Assembly: GCA_963814375.1 (NCBI GenBank)
Contig: CAWFCQ010000004.1
Coordinates: 320,001-384,000 of the forward strand
Length of the DNA: 64,000 bases
Direction of reading: 5' to 3'
From: an uncultured Chloroflexia bacterium
GTDB taxonomy: Bacteria > Chloroflexota > Limnocylindria > QHBO01
Shown here: positions 1 to 11,501 of the stretch, in pieces
Numbering within the stretch: position 1 is the first letter of the stretch
Layout: the number at the start of each line of letters is the position of its first letter
Program-made: the position numbers and the translations under genes
The notes under the pieces: model-generated
The model's input: only the letters and a program-made list of their open reading frames with translations
Told to the model about the DNA's origin: nothing
The model's database searches: none

Positions 1-384
1 GTGCATGACGTAGTGCCAGAGCGGATCATGGTCGTCGCGGAACGCCGGCGGCGCATCGAGGTCCTCGTCCCGGAGCGAAGTCAGCCACGCGCGCATTTCG
101 GCCTCGTCACGCGCCCAGTGCTCACGGATGGCGTCGACGTCGGCGTAGTCGTCGGCGCGAAGGTCGGCATCCGGGTCCCACTCGTCCCAGTCCGCGCCCT
201 TGAGGCGTTCCCGCCAGCTCCACTGGACGTCTAGCTCGTGCACCACGGTGGCGCGCAGGTCGCGGGTGGCCGCATCGTCCGATGCGAGGAAGTCCGATGG
301 CTCGAGTGCGGCCGCGGCGTCCAGGATCCGGTCGCGCATCCAGTAGAGGTAGTCGAAGAGGATCCTCGCTTCCGACGCGCGCAT
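1..384 (-). CDS. DinB family protein (partial, runs off window edge)
   Basis: Manual translation MRASEARILFDYLYWMRDRILDAAAAL...LRATVVHELDVQWSW...LWHYVMH fits the DinB/YfiT helical pattern; not in the ORF track. Confidence 0.8.
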   Translation of the reverse strand, partial: MRASEARILFDYLYWMRDRILDAAAALEPSDFLASDDAATRDLRATVVHELDVQWSWRERLKGADWDEWDPDADLRADDYADVDAIREHWARDEAEMRAWLTSLRDEDLDAPPAFRDDHDPLWHYVMH

Positions 385-388
385 CGGC

Positions 389-760
389 CTAGTCGGTCTG
401 GATGACGGAGAGGATGTTGCCGGCGGGGTCCTTGAACCAGGCGATGGGCGGGCCTTCCTCGCGTGCGATCCCGCGCTCGTCCTGCGGAAATCCGTCATAG
501 CGCTCGAACGTCATGCCCGCCGCGATCATGGCGTCGACGGTGGCGTCGATGTCGTCGACCTGGAAGTTCAGGACGGTGAACGTCGCCGGCTGATGATCCT
601 CTTTCGGGTAGATGATGACGTTCTGGCCACCGGCGAGATGGAGCGAGAGCATGCCCTCCTCCTCGGTCGCGTCGACGCCGAGCGTGTCCGCGTAGAACGC
701 CTTCTCGGCCGCGATGTCGGTCGCGGAGAAGCCAGAGAATCCGGGTCGGTTGGCGAGCAT
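389..760 (-). CDS. VOC/glyoxalase family protein
   Basis: FSATDIAAEKAFYADTLG, LNFQVDDID, AWFKDPAGN motifs. Confidence 0.9.
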   Translation of the reverse strand: MLANRPGFSGFSATDIAAEKAFYADTLGVDATEEEGMLSLHLAGGQNVIIYPKEDHQPATFTVLNFQVDDIDATVDAMIAAGMTFERYDGFPQDERGIAREEGPPIAWFKDPAGNILSVIQTD

Positions 761-897
761 CGAAGCATCACCTCAGCTGCGTGTGGCGGTAAGACCGCGG
801 GCACTTGGCGTCCTCATCGGTCGCAGCGGCAACATCGGTGCCACGCCGTCTGCGCGCGTGCCTTGACGCGCCCGCCGATGACGGTGACGATCCGAAC

Positions 898-1746
898 ATG
901 CCCGCCATCCAGCGCAAGAGCCTCGACCATCCCGACGAGGTCCGCCATTTCGAGCTCGGCACGGGAGAACTGACACAGGTGGGTCAACACCTCATGGGAC
1001 GCGCGGTGCTCCAGCCAGGATGGCGCTGGTCGACCCACATGGCGCCGGTGATGGGAACCCCGTCCTGCCCCGTTCACCACATCCAGGTGCTGATCGCCGG
1101 GCGATTTGCCGTGCGCATGGACGATGGCGAGGAGGCGGAATTCGGCCCGAATGACATGTTCGACATTCCGGCCGGTCACGACGCGTGGGTGGTCGGTGAC
1201 GAGCCGGTGTTCCTGCTCGACATCGGCGGCAACATCAGCGCCATCGGCGTCCCGCGGGAGAACGAGCGAGTCATCGCCACGCTGCTGATGACCGACATCG
1301 TCGACTCGACACGCCACGCGAACCGCATCGGCGACCAGGCCTGGAAGCAGGTACTCGCGGATCACAACCGGCTCGTTCGCTTCCAGCTCGAGCGCTTTCG
1401 GGGCACCGAGATCGCCACGACCGGCGATGGGTTCCTGGCCAGCTTCCCGAGCGCGGCCGGCGCGCTTCGATGCGCGCTCGCGATCCGCGCCGCCGTCAAA
1501 GCAGCCGGGGTCGAGGTCAGGATCGGCGTCCACACCGGCGAGATCGAACGCCAGGGAACCGGCGTGGGAGGGGTCGCCGTCCACGCCGCCGCGCGGATCA
1601 TGGCCCTGGCGGGTGCCTCGGAGGTGCTCGCCTCGGCGATCACGGTCGGCCTCGCGGAGGGCAGCGGGCTGCGGTTCGAGGATCACGGACGCCACGAGGT
1701 GAAGGGATTCGATCGCCCGATCGAGGTGCTGCGAGCCATGGCCTGA
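898..1746 (+). CDS. Cupin domain + class III adenylate/guanylate cyclase fusion
   Basis: N-terminal cupin (LQPGWRWS, CPVHH, IPAGHDAWVVGDEP); C-terminal TLLMTDIVDST, TGDGF, RIGVHTGE, VHAAARI, VKG. Confidence 0.88.
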   Translation: MPAIQRKSLDHPDEVRHFELGTGELTQVGQHLMGRAVLQPGWRWSTHMAPVMGTPSCPVHHIQVLIAGRFAVRMDDGEEAEFGPNDMFDIPAGHDAWVVGDEPVFLLDIGGNISAIGVPRENERVIATLLMTDIVDSTRHANRIGDQAWKQVLADHNRLVRFQLERFRGTEIATTGDGFLASFPSAAGALRCALAIRAAVKAAGVEVRIGVHTGEIERQGTGVGGVAVHAAARIMALAGASEVLASAITVGLAEGSGLRFEDHGRHEVKGFDRPIEVLRAMA

Positions 1747-1840
1747 TCACCTGTGTCGATCCGCCGATGCGCCGGCACGCATGAGCGCCTACCGTCTGAG
1801 CTTGGTGGCGGCCGTCCGGCCGCCTCAGTGAGGAGATGGC

Positions 1841-2677
1841 ATGACTGACGTGACGGATCCTGCCGAGGCCGACCGCGCGCTGAAGGCTCGACACCGCTCG
1901 ATGTGGGCGATGGGCGATTACAACGCGGTCGCGACCGAGGTCATACCAGCGCTCGGACCGGTCCTGGTCGAGGCGGCTGGCGTCAAGGCCGGCGACCGCG
2001 TCCTCGACATCGCGGCGGGCTCCGGAAACGCCTCGCTGCCGGCGGCGCGCGCCGGCGCGAAGGTCGTCGCGAGCGACCTTACCCCCGAGCTGCTCGAGCT
2101 CGGCCGCCAGCAGGCGGCGGGGGAGGGCCTCGAGATCGACTGGCAGGAAGCCGATGCCGAGGCGCTGCCCTATGCGGACGGCGAGTTCGACGTCGTGCTC
2201 TCGCTGGTCGGGATCATGTTCGCGCCCCACCACCAGCAGAGCGCGGACGAGCTCGCGCGGGTGACACGCGGCGGTGGCCGCATCGGCCTCATCAGCTGGA
2301 CGCCGGAGGGTTTCATCGGCCAGATGTTCGCGACCATGAAGCCGTACGCCCCGCCTCCGCCACCCGGAGCATCGCCCCCACCGCTGTGGGGGCGCGAGGA
2401 GCACGTTCGCGAGCTGCTTGGCGATCGCGTCACCGACGTCAAGGGCACCGTCCAGAGCCTGACCGTCGACGCCTTCACGGGTCCCGAGGACTTCCGCGAC
2501 TACTTCAAGCGCAATTACGGTCCGACGATGGCGGTCTACAAGTCGCTCGGCGAGGATGCCGATCGGATCGTTGCGCTGGATCGTGAGCTTGCCGACCTCG
2601 CGGCGCGATTCGGCTTCACGGACGGGGCGACGACGATGGAGTGGGAGTACCTGCTCTTCACCGCGACGCGGACGTAG
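1841..2677 (+). CDS. Class I SAM-dependent methyltransferase
   Basis: VLDIAAGSG, ADAEALPYADGEFDVV; GAGGAG RBS upstream. Confidence 0.9.
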   Translation: MTDVTDPAEADRALKARHRSMWAMGDYNAVATEVIPALGPVLVEAAGVKAGDRVLDIAAGSGNASLPAARAGAKVVASDLTPELLELGRQQAAGEGLEIDWQEADAEALPYADGEFDVVLSLVGIMFAPHHQQSADELARVTRGGGRIGLISWTPEGFIGQMFATMKPYAPPPPPGASPPPLWGREEHVRELLGDRVTDVKGTVQSLTVDAFTGPEDFRDYFKRNYGPTMAVYKSLGEDADRIVALDRELADLAARFGFTDGATTMEWEYLLFTATRT

Positions 2678-2683
2678 CCGGAC

Positions 2684-3562
2684 TCACGCGTCGGCGTCGA
2701 TCTCGTTTGTCTCAGGCAGGAGCAGGGCCGGAGGCGCTTGGGGCATCGGGTCGCGATTGAGGACGCGGTCGAGCGGCGAGCGTGCGGCGGCGGCATTCCT
2801 GCGCTGCTCGGCCAGGAGCATGTCCGCGACGCATTGCGGATCGCCGCATTCGCCGCCCCACGCGCTCCGCTCCTGCCGATGGACGATGAGGAAGACGTCG
2901 GCATCGGTCATGGAGTCGATCAGCCCACCGGCGGCTTCGCGGCCCGCCGCGACCGCCGGGAGGAACTTGTCCTCGTGCCAGAGGCGGGCCCCCTCGCCGG
3001 CCGACAGCGCTCGGCCCAGTGCCAGAACGCGGTCATAGGCGTAGCTCTGGACCGCGATGAGGAGCTCGCCGTAGGCCGTCGCGTCGGTCAAGGCGAAGCG
3101 AGCGTCGGGGACGCCCTCGCCGAGGCCACTGTGGCGACGGAGCTCGCCCTCGCGCGCGGTGCGCTCGATCGCCTCGAGCTCGACCTCGGGCGTCAGCGCG
3201 TAGGGCGAGGGCATGTGGCTGACCCGCGCATCGATGAACTCGCGCCCGTCGCGCTTCGCGATCGCGACGCGCTTGTGCCCGTCGGCGACGAAGTAGGCCC
3301 GGTCGATCCGAACGACGTCGATTGGCTCGTCCAGCGAAGTCGGTGAGGAAGCCCGGATGTCGTCGATCCGCTTGCGGAGGGCAACGTGAATCGGGTGGAA
3401 CGCACCGTCGAAGTCGCGCGCGCGACCAACGGATCCGATGATGTTCGCCACGGCGATCGTCGCCGTACCCTCGTCGACAGGCGGGTCGAGGTGGAGCTGC
3501 CGCCGAATCTGGTCGAGCTCGAGCATCGGCCCGCACTCGTGGTCGCTTCCGAGGAGTCGCAT
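2684..3562 (-). CDS. ParB/Srx-like N-terminal domain protein (DUF4032-like)
   Basis: IIGSVGRARDFD and YFVADGHKRV motifs; TATCGT -10 box 7 nt before the ATG. Confidence 0.65.
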   Translation of the reverse strand: MRLLGSDHECGPMLELDQIRRQLHLDPPVDEGTATIAVANIIGSVGRARDFDGAFHPIHVALRKRIDDIRASSPTSLDEPIDVVRIDRAYFVADGHKRVAIAKRDGREFIDARVSHMPSPYALTPEVELEAIERTAREGELRRHSGLGEGVPDARFALTDATAYGELLIAVQSYAYDRVLALGRALSAGEGARLWHEDKFLPAVAAGREAAGGLIDSMTDADVFLIVHRQERSAWGGECGDPQCVADMLLAEQRRNAAAARSPLDRVLNRDPMPQAPPALLLPETNEIDADA

Positions 3563-3581
3563 ACGTCCAACGATAGCGAGG

Positions 3582-4121
3582 TCAGCTCGCGCTGGCGGGA
3601 TCCTCGAACTGCTGCCACCGCCATCGGTCGTCTTGGCCGAGCAAGCTGCGCAGGTGATTGATCTCGCCGGCGTGGTAGAAGTCGTGGCCGATGATGGCCG
3701 CGGTGATCCATCGGGTCGGGCGCATCTCGCCCCAGTTCGTCATCCGTGGTCGGTCGAGCTCGTCATCGGTCAGCCCTTCGACATGCTCCCTGAATGATCG
3801 ATGCGCCTCACGGAGCCACTCGATCGCCTCCGCCATGGGAGCCGTGCCGGGCTCCCAGACACCCTCCACTTCGAGCGTTCCCCATTGCCTTGTGCCGGGG
3901 CCGAAGGCGTAGTCGGCGTACATGATCTTGCAGCCGGCCACGTGGAGCACCATCGACTCGATCGTCCGGGTCGCGCCGGGCGGCAACGCGCGCCATTCGG
4001 CCTCGGTCACGGTCGCCAGGTTCGTGAGGAGCGCCTGGCTCTCGTTCGACTCCTCGAGCCCACGGCCCTCGAAGGCCTCGTCGATCAGGTGGAGGATCGA
4101 CTCAACGCCCGGATCGGTCAT
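3582..4121 (-). CDS. DinB family protein
   Basis: RTIESMVLHVA ... HDFYHAGEI His pattern. Confidence 0.85.
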   Translation of the reverse strand: MTDPGVESILHLIDEAFEGRGLEESNESQALLTNLATVTEAEWRALPPGATRTIESMVLHVAGCKIMYADYAFGPGTRQWGTLEVEGVWEPGTAPMAEAIEWLREAHRSFREHVEGLTDDELDRPRMTNWGEMRPTRWITAAIIGHDFYHAGEINHLRSLLGQDDRWRWQQFEDPASAS

Positions 4122-4174
4122 GGCGTCCGCTGCTGCACGATCTGGACCGATGGGATGACTGGAAGTAGGCGCAA

Positions 4175-4190
4175 TAGAACGGGCGTTCTA
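4175..4190. promoter_or_regulatory. Putative LexA (SOS) box GAAC-N4-GTTC overlapping a TATGCT -10 element
   Basis: Perfect inverted repeat TAGAAC-GGGC-GTTCTA matching the Gram-positive/Dehalococcoides LexA consensus. Confidence 0.7.
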
Positions 4191-4201
4191 TGCTCTCGTC
4201 T

Positions 4202-4468
4202 GTGAGCTACGTCGGTCGCGAGGTATTCCAGACCAAGATCGACTGCTCGTGTGGCGCGGCCGTCACGATCGCCGACCTGCGGGAGCACCTCGTGCGCCGC
4301 CACTGCAACGTCGAGGGCTGCTCGGAGCGCGCGTTGCGCACCGTGTCGTTCGGGTTCCGCGACCCGCAGTTCAGGATGATCGGGGTGCCAATGGGCATCT
4401 GCCGGCGCCACGAGCACTCGGTTGGAAAGGGGCGCATGCACGTGATCGTCGATCCGCCGCGCGGCTGA
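4202..4468 (+). CDS. Small Cys/His-rich putative zinc-binding protein
   Basis: CxC-x11-H-x4-H and C-x4-C...CxxH; GTG at 4202 is 7 nt after TATGCT (alternative ATG at 4190). Confidence 0.6.
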   Translation: MSYVGREVFQTKIDCSCGAAVTIADLREHLVRRHCNVEGCSERALRTVSFGFRDPQFRMIGVPMGICRRHEHSVGKGRMHVIVDPPRG

Positions 4469-4489
4469 AGCGTGGGATGCTTTGGCCGC

Positions 4490-5152
4490 GTGAATCTCCC
4501 ACTCGTCCTGCGCGCCGCTGATGTCGTCGCCGAGCGACCGGAGGGCACGACGGACGACATCCACTTCACCGAGGCCCTGGCGGAGTCAATCATCGGCCAT
4601 GCCAGCCGCCCCGGCGACCTCGTACTTGACCCGTTCGCCGGTTACGGCACCACCGTCAGGGTGGCCGAGCGGATGGGACGGCGGGCGATCGGCATCGAGC
4701 TCGTGCCGGAGCACCTCGAGGTCGCTCGGAGCCGGAGCGCCGGTCGGGCAAGGCTGATCCAGGGAGATGCCCGCGAGCTATCGCGGCTGGTGGTCGAGCC
4801 GGTGGATCTCGTGCTGACTTCGCCGCCATACATGCCGGCCACCGACCACCCGGAAAACCCGCTGACCGGCTATGCGACCGATGACGGCGACTACGCGGTC
4901 TACCTGGGCGAGCTCGGCTCGATTTTCGGCCAGGTGGCGGAGCTGCTGCGGCCGGGCGGCCAGCTCGTGGTGAATGTCGCCAACGTCATCGCCGCGGACG
5001 GCAGGGTCACGCCACTCGCGAGCGACGTCGCCGGTGTGATCGACGAGCATGTGCCGTTGCTGGGTGTCACGACCCTGCAGTGGGACGAGCCGCCGGCCGG
5101 CCTGGATGGTGACTACCTGCTGTGGTTCGCCCGCCCTGCCGAGACGTCGCGA

Positions 5153-5161
<9 letters not shown>
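4490..5161 (+). CDS. Orphan amino-methyltransferase (N4-C/N6-A DNA MTase-like or Trm11-like)
   Basis: Motif I VLDPFAGYGTT followed by motif IV LTSPPY. Confidence 0.8.
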
Positions 5162-6732
<1,571 letters not shown>

Positions 6733-6737
6733 GTGGC

Positions 6738-7196
6738 TCAGGGTAGGGGCTCGAAGTCGCCGGTGCGGAGGTCGTAGCGGGAGGTCCGTGGTGCGTCCGC
6801 CTCGGTGCCGGGCGCCGGGTTGCGCTCGAGCATCGAGATGAGGATGGTCGTGGCCGGGAACACCGCGTGGATCTGGAGCGGCTCGTCGCCGGCGTTTGCG
6901 GTCCCGTGCGGGGTGCCCGCAGGGATGAAGAGGATCGCCCCGGGGCCGAGGCGACGCGCCTCGTCGCCGAGCCGCGCGTGAGCGGTGCCCGCGAGGATCG
7001 TGATGGCCTCGTCGACATCGTGCGTGTGGAGTGGGATGCGATCGCCGACAGCGATCTCCTCGGTGATGATCGCCAGCGAGTCGACGCGCCCCTGCTCGTC
7101 ACCCGGGTCGACCTTCAGCCCCCAGCGTGAGCTCGGCCGATGGTCGTCAGGATCCCCGACCATCGCTTCCAGCGGTCCGCCGTCGACAATGCTCAT
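6738..7196 (-). CDS. Cupin domain protein
   Basis: [16 protein letters not shown] and FIPAGTPHG cupin motifs. Confidence 0.85.
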   Translation of the reverse strand: MSIVDGGPLEAMVGDPDDHRPSSRWGLKVDPGDEQGRVDSLAIITEEIAVGDRIPLHTHDVDEAITILAGTAHARLGDEARRLGPGAILFIPAGTPHGTANAGDEPLQIHAVFPATTILISMLERNPAPGTEADAPRTSRYDLRTGDFEPLP

Positions 7197-7224
7197 CCGC
7201 GGATTCTCGCAGCGAGCCGGTGCC

Positions 7225-8001
7225 TCAGCGGTCGCTTTCTGCGCGCACCGGCCGGCCGATGACGAGGCCGAAGTCGAGCACCTCGTGAAGCAGCTCGAAC
7301 TCGGCCCAGCCCGAGCCGGCTCGCTCGGCGGCGGCGGGGGCGATCGGGTCGCCCGGGTGGTCGCGAGCGAAGGACGCGAGCGCCTCTCGGTAGGTCGCCC
7401 CATAGGCATCCCACTCGTCGCGCGACGCCAGCCGACTCCAGACCGGCTCCACGCCGCCGGCGCGCACCGAGCTACCTCGATCTCGTCGCTCATCACGTAG
7501 TCGTCGGCCGCCATGCCGAGCCGCTCGAGGGCATTCGGTGACGGCTGGCCGCGCCAGGCGCCCTCGCCGATGACGACGAGGCCCCCGGCCCTGACGAACC
7601 GCGCCGCCCATTGCCGCCAAGGCTTGCCAGCCCCCGGCGTCCCAACCGGGGCCGATGCACATGGCGAGGTCAAAGCCGCCGTCGGCCTCGAGCTCGTGGA
7701 CGTCGCCGAGCCGCAGGTCGACGCGGTCCATCGCCGGAGATCCGGCGAGGCGGCGACGCGCCTCCTCGATTGCGAAGGGAGAGGCATCGATGGCGAGCGC
7801 CGAGGCCCCGACACGCTCGGCGATTCGCCGCGACAGCTCGGCCGGACCGCATCCAAGGTCGACGGCGTTCGTCGCGGCGCCGACACCCAGCGCGGCCAGG
7901 CGCGCGACGACCTCGTCGATGGTCGGAGCGGAGATCGGCCCCCACATGAGCGAGCCGGTATGCGCGATCGCCGAGAGTCGCTGCCGCGTCGCGAGGTCCA
8001 C
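7225..8001 (-). CDS. SAM-dependent methyltransferase (two compensating frameshifts near 7610 and 7470)
   Basis: VDLGCGPAE motif I; the middle segment GGLVVIGEGAW is in another frame; C-terminal SRDEWDAY. Confidence 0.75.
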   Translation of the reverse strand: MDLATRQRLSAIAHTGSLMWGPISAPTIDEVVARLAALGVGAATNAVDLGCGPAELSRRIAERVGASALAIDASPFAIEEARRRLAGSPAMDRVDLRLGDVHELEADGGFDLAMCIGPGWDAGGWQALAAMGGAVRQGRGPRRHRRGRLARPAVTECPRAARHGGRRLRDERRDRGSSVRAGGVEPVWSRLASRDEWDAYGATYREALASFARDHPGDPIAPAAAERAGSGWAEFELLHEVLDFGLVIGRPVRAESDR

Positions 8002-8004
8002 TCG

Positions 8005-8376
8005 TCAGGACCGGTCCGCATCCTTGCGGCGGTCGCGCTCCTCGAATGCTCGCGTTCCCGCCGGATGCATCCGCCCGGCCGCGGTCAGCGCGGCGACCTT
8101 GGCGATGTTGACGGCGCTCCAGTTGCTCGTGGCGCGGCGCGGCGTGAATCGCGTCGTGTAGATCTCGTCGTCGATGCGCCGGGTGATGCCGTCGATCCAG
8201 CCGAAGCAGAGCGCCTCGTCGACCGATTCGGGATAGGTCATCGCCTTCTTGTCGGCGCCCTTCTTGTAGTACCCGACGAAGACCTCGTCCGCGCTGTCGT
8301 GGTTGCTGCTCAACCAGACGCGAAACTTCGCGGCTGTCGGGAAGATCCGGACGTCGTGCCGCGTCGGGATCTTCAT
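8005..8376 (-). CDS. YdeI/OmpD-associated family protein (N-terminal domain only)
   Basis: YPESVDEALCFGWIDG, FTPRRATSNWSAVN, GRMHPAG. Confidence 0.85.
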   Translation of the reverse strand: MKIPTRHDVRIFPTAAKFRVWLSSNHDSADEVFVGYYKKGADKKAMTYPESVDEALCFGWIDGITRRIDDEIYTTRFTPRRATSNWSAVNIAKVAALTAAGRMHPAGTRAFEERDRRKDADRS

Positions 8377-8489
8377 CGGCTCGGCTCGAAGCGTGCGGAG
8401 AGCCGACACCAATCCTGTCGTGTACGCGACAATGCGCCGGCTGCTCGCATTCCTATCATCGATCCGGGTGATTCGTTGGGAGGCTGCTG

Positions 8490-8741
8490 ATGCCCCTGTT
8501 CCTGGATGAGCACGAGTACGTTCCGAACCTTACCGCGGAGGCCGTTGCGCAGGCACACGCCCGCGACCTGGAGGTCCAGGGCGCGCACGACGTCCGATAT
8601 CTGCGCTACTGGTTCGACGAGGCCACCGGCAAGGTCTTCTGCCTGGTCGAGGCGCCGACTCCCGATGCCGCCATCACCGTCCACCGTGAGGCGCACGGGC
8701 TCCTCGCCGATCGGCTGGTCGAGGTGAAGGAGGGGGTCTAG
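8490..8741 (+). CDS. DUF4242 (SCO4226-like nickel-binding) protein
   Basis: MPLFLDEH, AHARDL, RYWFDEATGKVFCL, VHREAHG; GGAGG RBS. Confidence 0.88.
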   Translation: MPLFLDEHEYVPNLTAEAVAQAHARDLEVQGAHDVRYLRYWFDEATGKVFCLVEAPTPDAAITVHREAHGLLADRLVEVKEGV

Positions 8742-11501
8742 CCGAGGGCGAAGGCAACCGCCTCGTCCAGGCGCATGGCGCGACCCGCATCGAGTGCGGT
8801 CGCGACGGCGCTGTTGCCGATGCGCTGCGCCAGCCCGGCGACGAAGCGGTCGAGCTCGCTGCGCGCAGCCGCGGACAGTGGCGCACCGATCGACTCGCGC
8901 AGCGCCATCGCCGCTCCGATGAGCCGCGCGGAGCGTTCGGGGTCCTCCTCGGCGTTGCCGGCCAGACGCTCCAGGGCTCCTGCCGTGCCGGTCCGGTCGC
9001 CGAGACGGTGACGGATGGCCAGCGCCTCTCGATAGTGAGCCTCGGCCGAGACCGGGTCACTCGCCTCCGCGGATAGGTCGGCCAGGCCGACGAGCATCCG
9101 CGCCTCGCTGCGGCCGTCCGCGATCTCACGGTAGAGGGAACGCGCCGCCTCGTAGCGCTCCCGCGCCAGTGTCGGGTTCCCGCGCCGCCGCGCGCTCTGC
9201 GCGAGGCGCGCGGTGGCCTGTGCCGTTCCCCACTTGTCGCCGACCTCCTCGAACATGCCGATGGCCCGCGCGTAGAGGCCGTCTGCCTCTTCGGGGTCGC
9301 CGTGCCGCGCGGTCAGATCGGCCAGGTTGACGATCGAGAAGGCCGCCGCGTGACGATCACCGATCTCTTCGGCGATCGCGATGCCTCGCGGTAGAGGTCG
9401 CGGGCGCGGTCGATGTCGCCGAGCTCGATGGCGATGCTCGCCGCGTTGTTGCAGGCGGCGGCCACGCCCTGCGGGTTCCCGAGCTCGCGGTGGAGCACGA
9501 GGCTCGCCTCATGGAAGCCTGCAGCGGCGACGTTGTCACCTCGCTGGCTGGCGAGCACGCCGGCGCCGGTCAGGGCATTCGCGCGACGAGCCGATACCTC
9601 GCCTCCCGTCCGAGCGAGGGCGCGCTCGAGCCATGCGCCACCCTCGGCGGCGTGGCCCCGGATCTCCCAGAACCGCCACAGGCCTGACGCCATGCTCAGC
9701 TCGGCGCCCGCACCGTCGGGGTCCTCGTCGGACCAGTTGAGGGCCGCGCGCAGGTTGTCGTGGTCCTCGGCGAGCCTGGTGAGCCAGATGGCCTGCTCGC
9801 CGCCCGCGAAGAAGCCCGGTCGTGCCTGGTCGACCAGCGCCACGAACCAGTCACGGTGTCGCCCATGGGTCTCGGACGCGTCGCCGGTCTCGGCGAGACG
9901 TTCCTGGGCGTAATCCCGGATCGTCTCGAGCATGCGATAGCGGGCCTCGCTGGCGGTCGGTTCGGCGACGAGCAGAGACTTGTCGACCAGCCGCGCCAGG
10001 AGATCGAGCATGTCTTCGGCCTGCACCGGGCCGCCGCTTGCAACGGCTTCTGCGGCCTCGAGCGAGAAGGCGCCGGCGAAGACGGAGAGACGGGGCACGA
10101 GGGCCTGCTCCGCCTCGGGCAGGAGGTCGAAGCTCCAGTCGAACGTGGCGCGCAGGGTCCGGTGCCGGGGGAGAGCGGTCCGGCTGCCGCCGGTCAGGAG
10201 GCGGAACCGGTGGTCGAGTCGCGCCGCGATCTGCGCGGGCGGCAGCGAGCGGACGCGCGCCGCGGCCAGCTCGATGGCCAGCGGGATGCCGTCGAGGCGC
10301 CGGCAGATCTGCGCCACCGCATCCGCGTTGGCCGCGGTCAGCCCGAAGCTCGACTCGACCGCTCGCGCACGCTCCAGGAATAGGCGCACCGCGTCGTAGG
10401 AGCCGACGGCGTCGACGTTCGCCCCGCCTCCGGAGGCGGCGACCTCCAGGTCCGGCACGCCCATCGATGGAACCGGGACGAGGCTCTCGCCGCTCATGCC
10501 GAGTGCCTCACGTGACGTCGCGATGATCCGCACGCCCGGGCACCGGCGCAGCAGCGCATCGGCGACCTCGACGACCGCGTCGATGACGTGCTCGCAGTTA
10601 TCGAGGATGAGCAGCGCCTCCTGGTCGGCCAGGGCGGCCGTGATCGCCGCCACCGAGTCGTCGGAAGCCGGTTTGAGCCGCAGCGTCGAGATGAGCGTGG
10701 GAGCAACCAGGGAAGGCTCATCGAGCGCCGAGAGGTCCACGAACCACACGCCACCGGGGTACCGGTCGACGAGGTGTGCCCCGACCTCCAGCGCGATCCG
10801 GGTCTTGCCCACGCCGCCGGCGCCGGTCAGCGTCAGAAGGGCAGTTGACCCGAGCCTGGCCTCGGCATCGGCGATCTCCTGGCTGCGCCCCACGAAGCTC
10901 GATGGCTGTCGCGGGAGGTTGTTCGGGAGCGTATCGAGCGTGCGCAGGGCCGGAAAGTCGGCGGGCAGGTCGGGCGCCAAGACCTGGTAAAGCCGAACAC
11001 CCGACGCGAGATCCTTGAGGTGATGCTCGCCCAGGTCGCGCAGGCTGACGCCCTCGGGAAGGGCGGAGCCGAGAAGCGCTCGGGCCGAGTCCGAGACCAG
11101 GATCTGCCCGCCGTGACCGGCGGCGCAGATGCGTGCGGCGCGATGCACGTCGATCCCGACGTACCCGGTCTGCGAGCTCATCGGCTCGCCGGTGTGGAGA
11201 CCCATGCGGACCCCGAGATCGATGCCCTGCGGCCACGCGTGCGCGCGCAGCGCACGCTGCGCATCGAGGCATGCCAGCAGCGCACTGCGAGCGGTCGAGA
11301 AAGGAGACGAAGAGCCCATCGCCCGCCGCATCGACACGCTTGCCGCCCTGCGCCTCGACTGCCGCGTCCACGATCTCGGTGATGGTCCGCCAGGAGCGTG
11401 GCGTACTCGTCACCGAGCTGCTCGAGCAACCGGGTCGAGCCATCGATGTCGGTGAAGACGAGGCTGACCGTTCCGGCGGCTGGCTCCAACGCCACCCTCA
11501 C
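8738..11501 (-). CDS. Class III cyclase + STAND ATPase + TPR regulator (several frameshifts)
   Basis: FTDIDGST, VRMGLHTGE, VHRAARI; NNLP..SSFVGR, Walker A GAGGVGKT, LLILDNCEH, LDGIPLAIELAAAR; C-terminal TPR-like helices; spread over four track ORFs. Confidence 0.85.

Noticed and set aside
898-1746. Pycsar/CBASS anti-phage system
   Set aside because: No neighbouring cyclic-nucleotide-binding TM or TIR effector; the context is metabolic.
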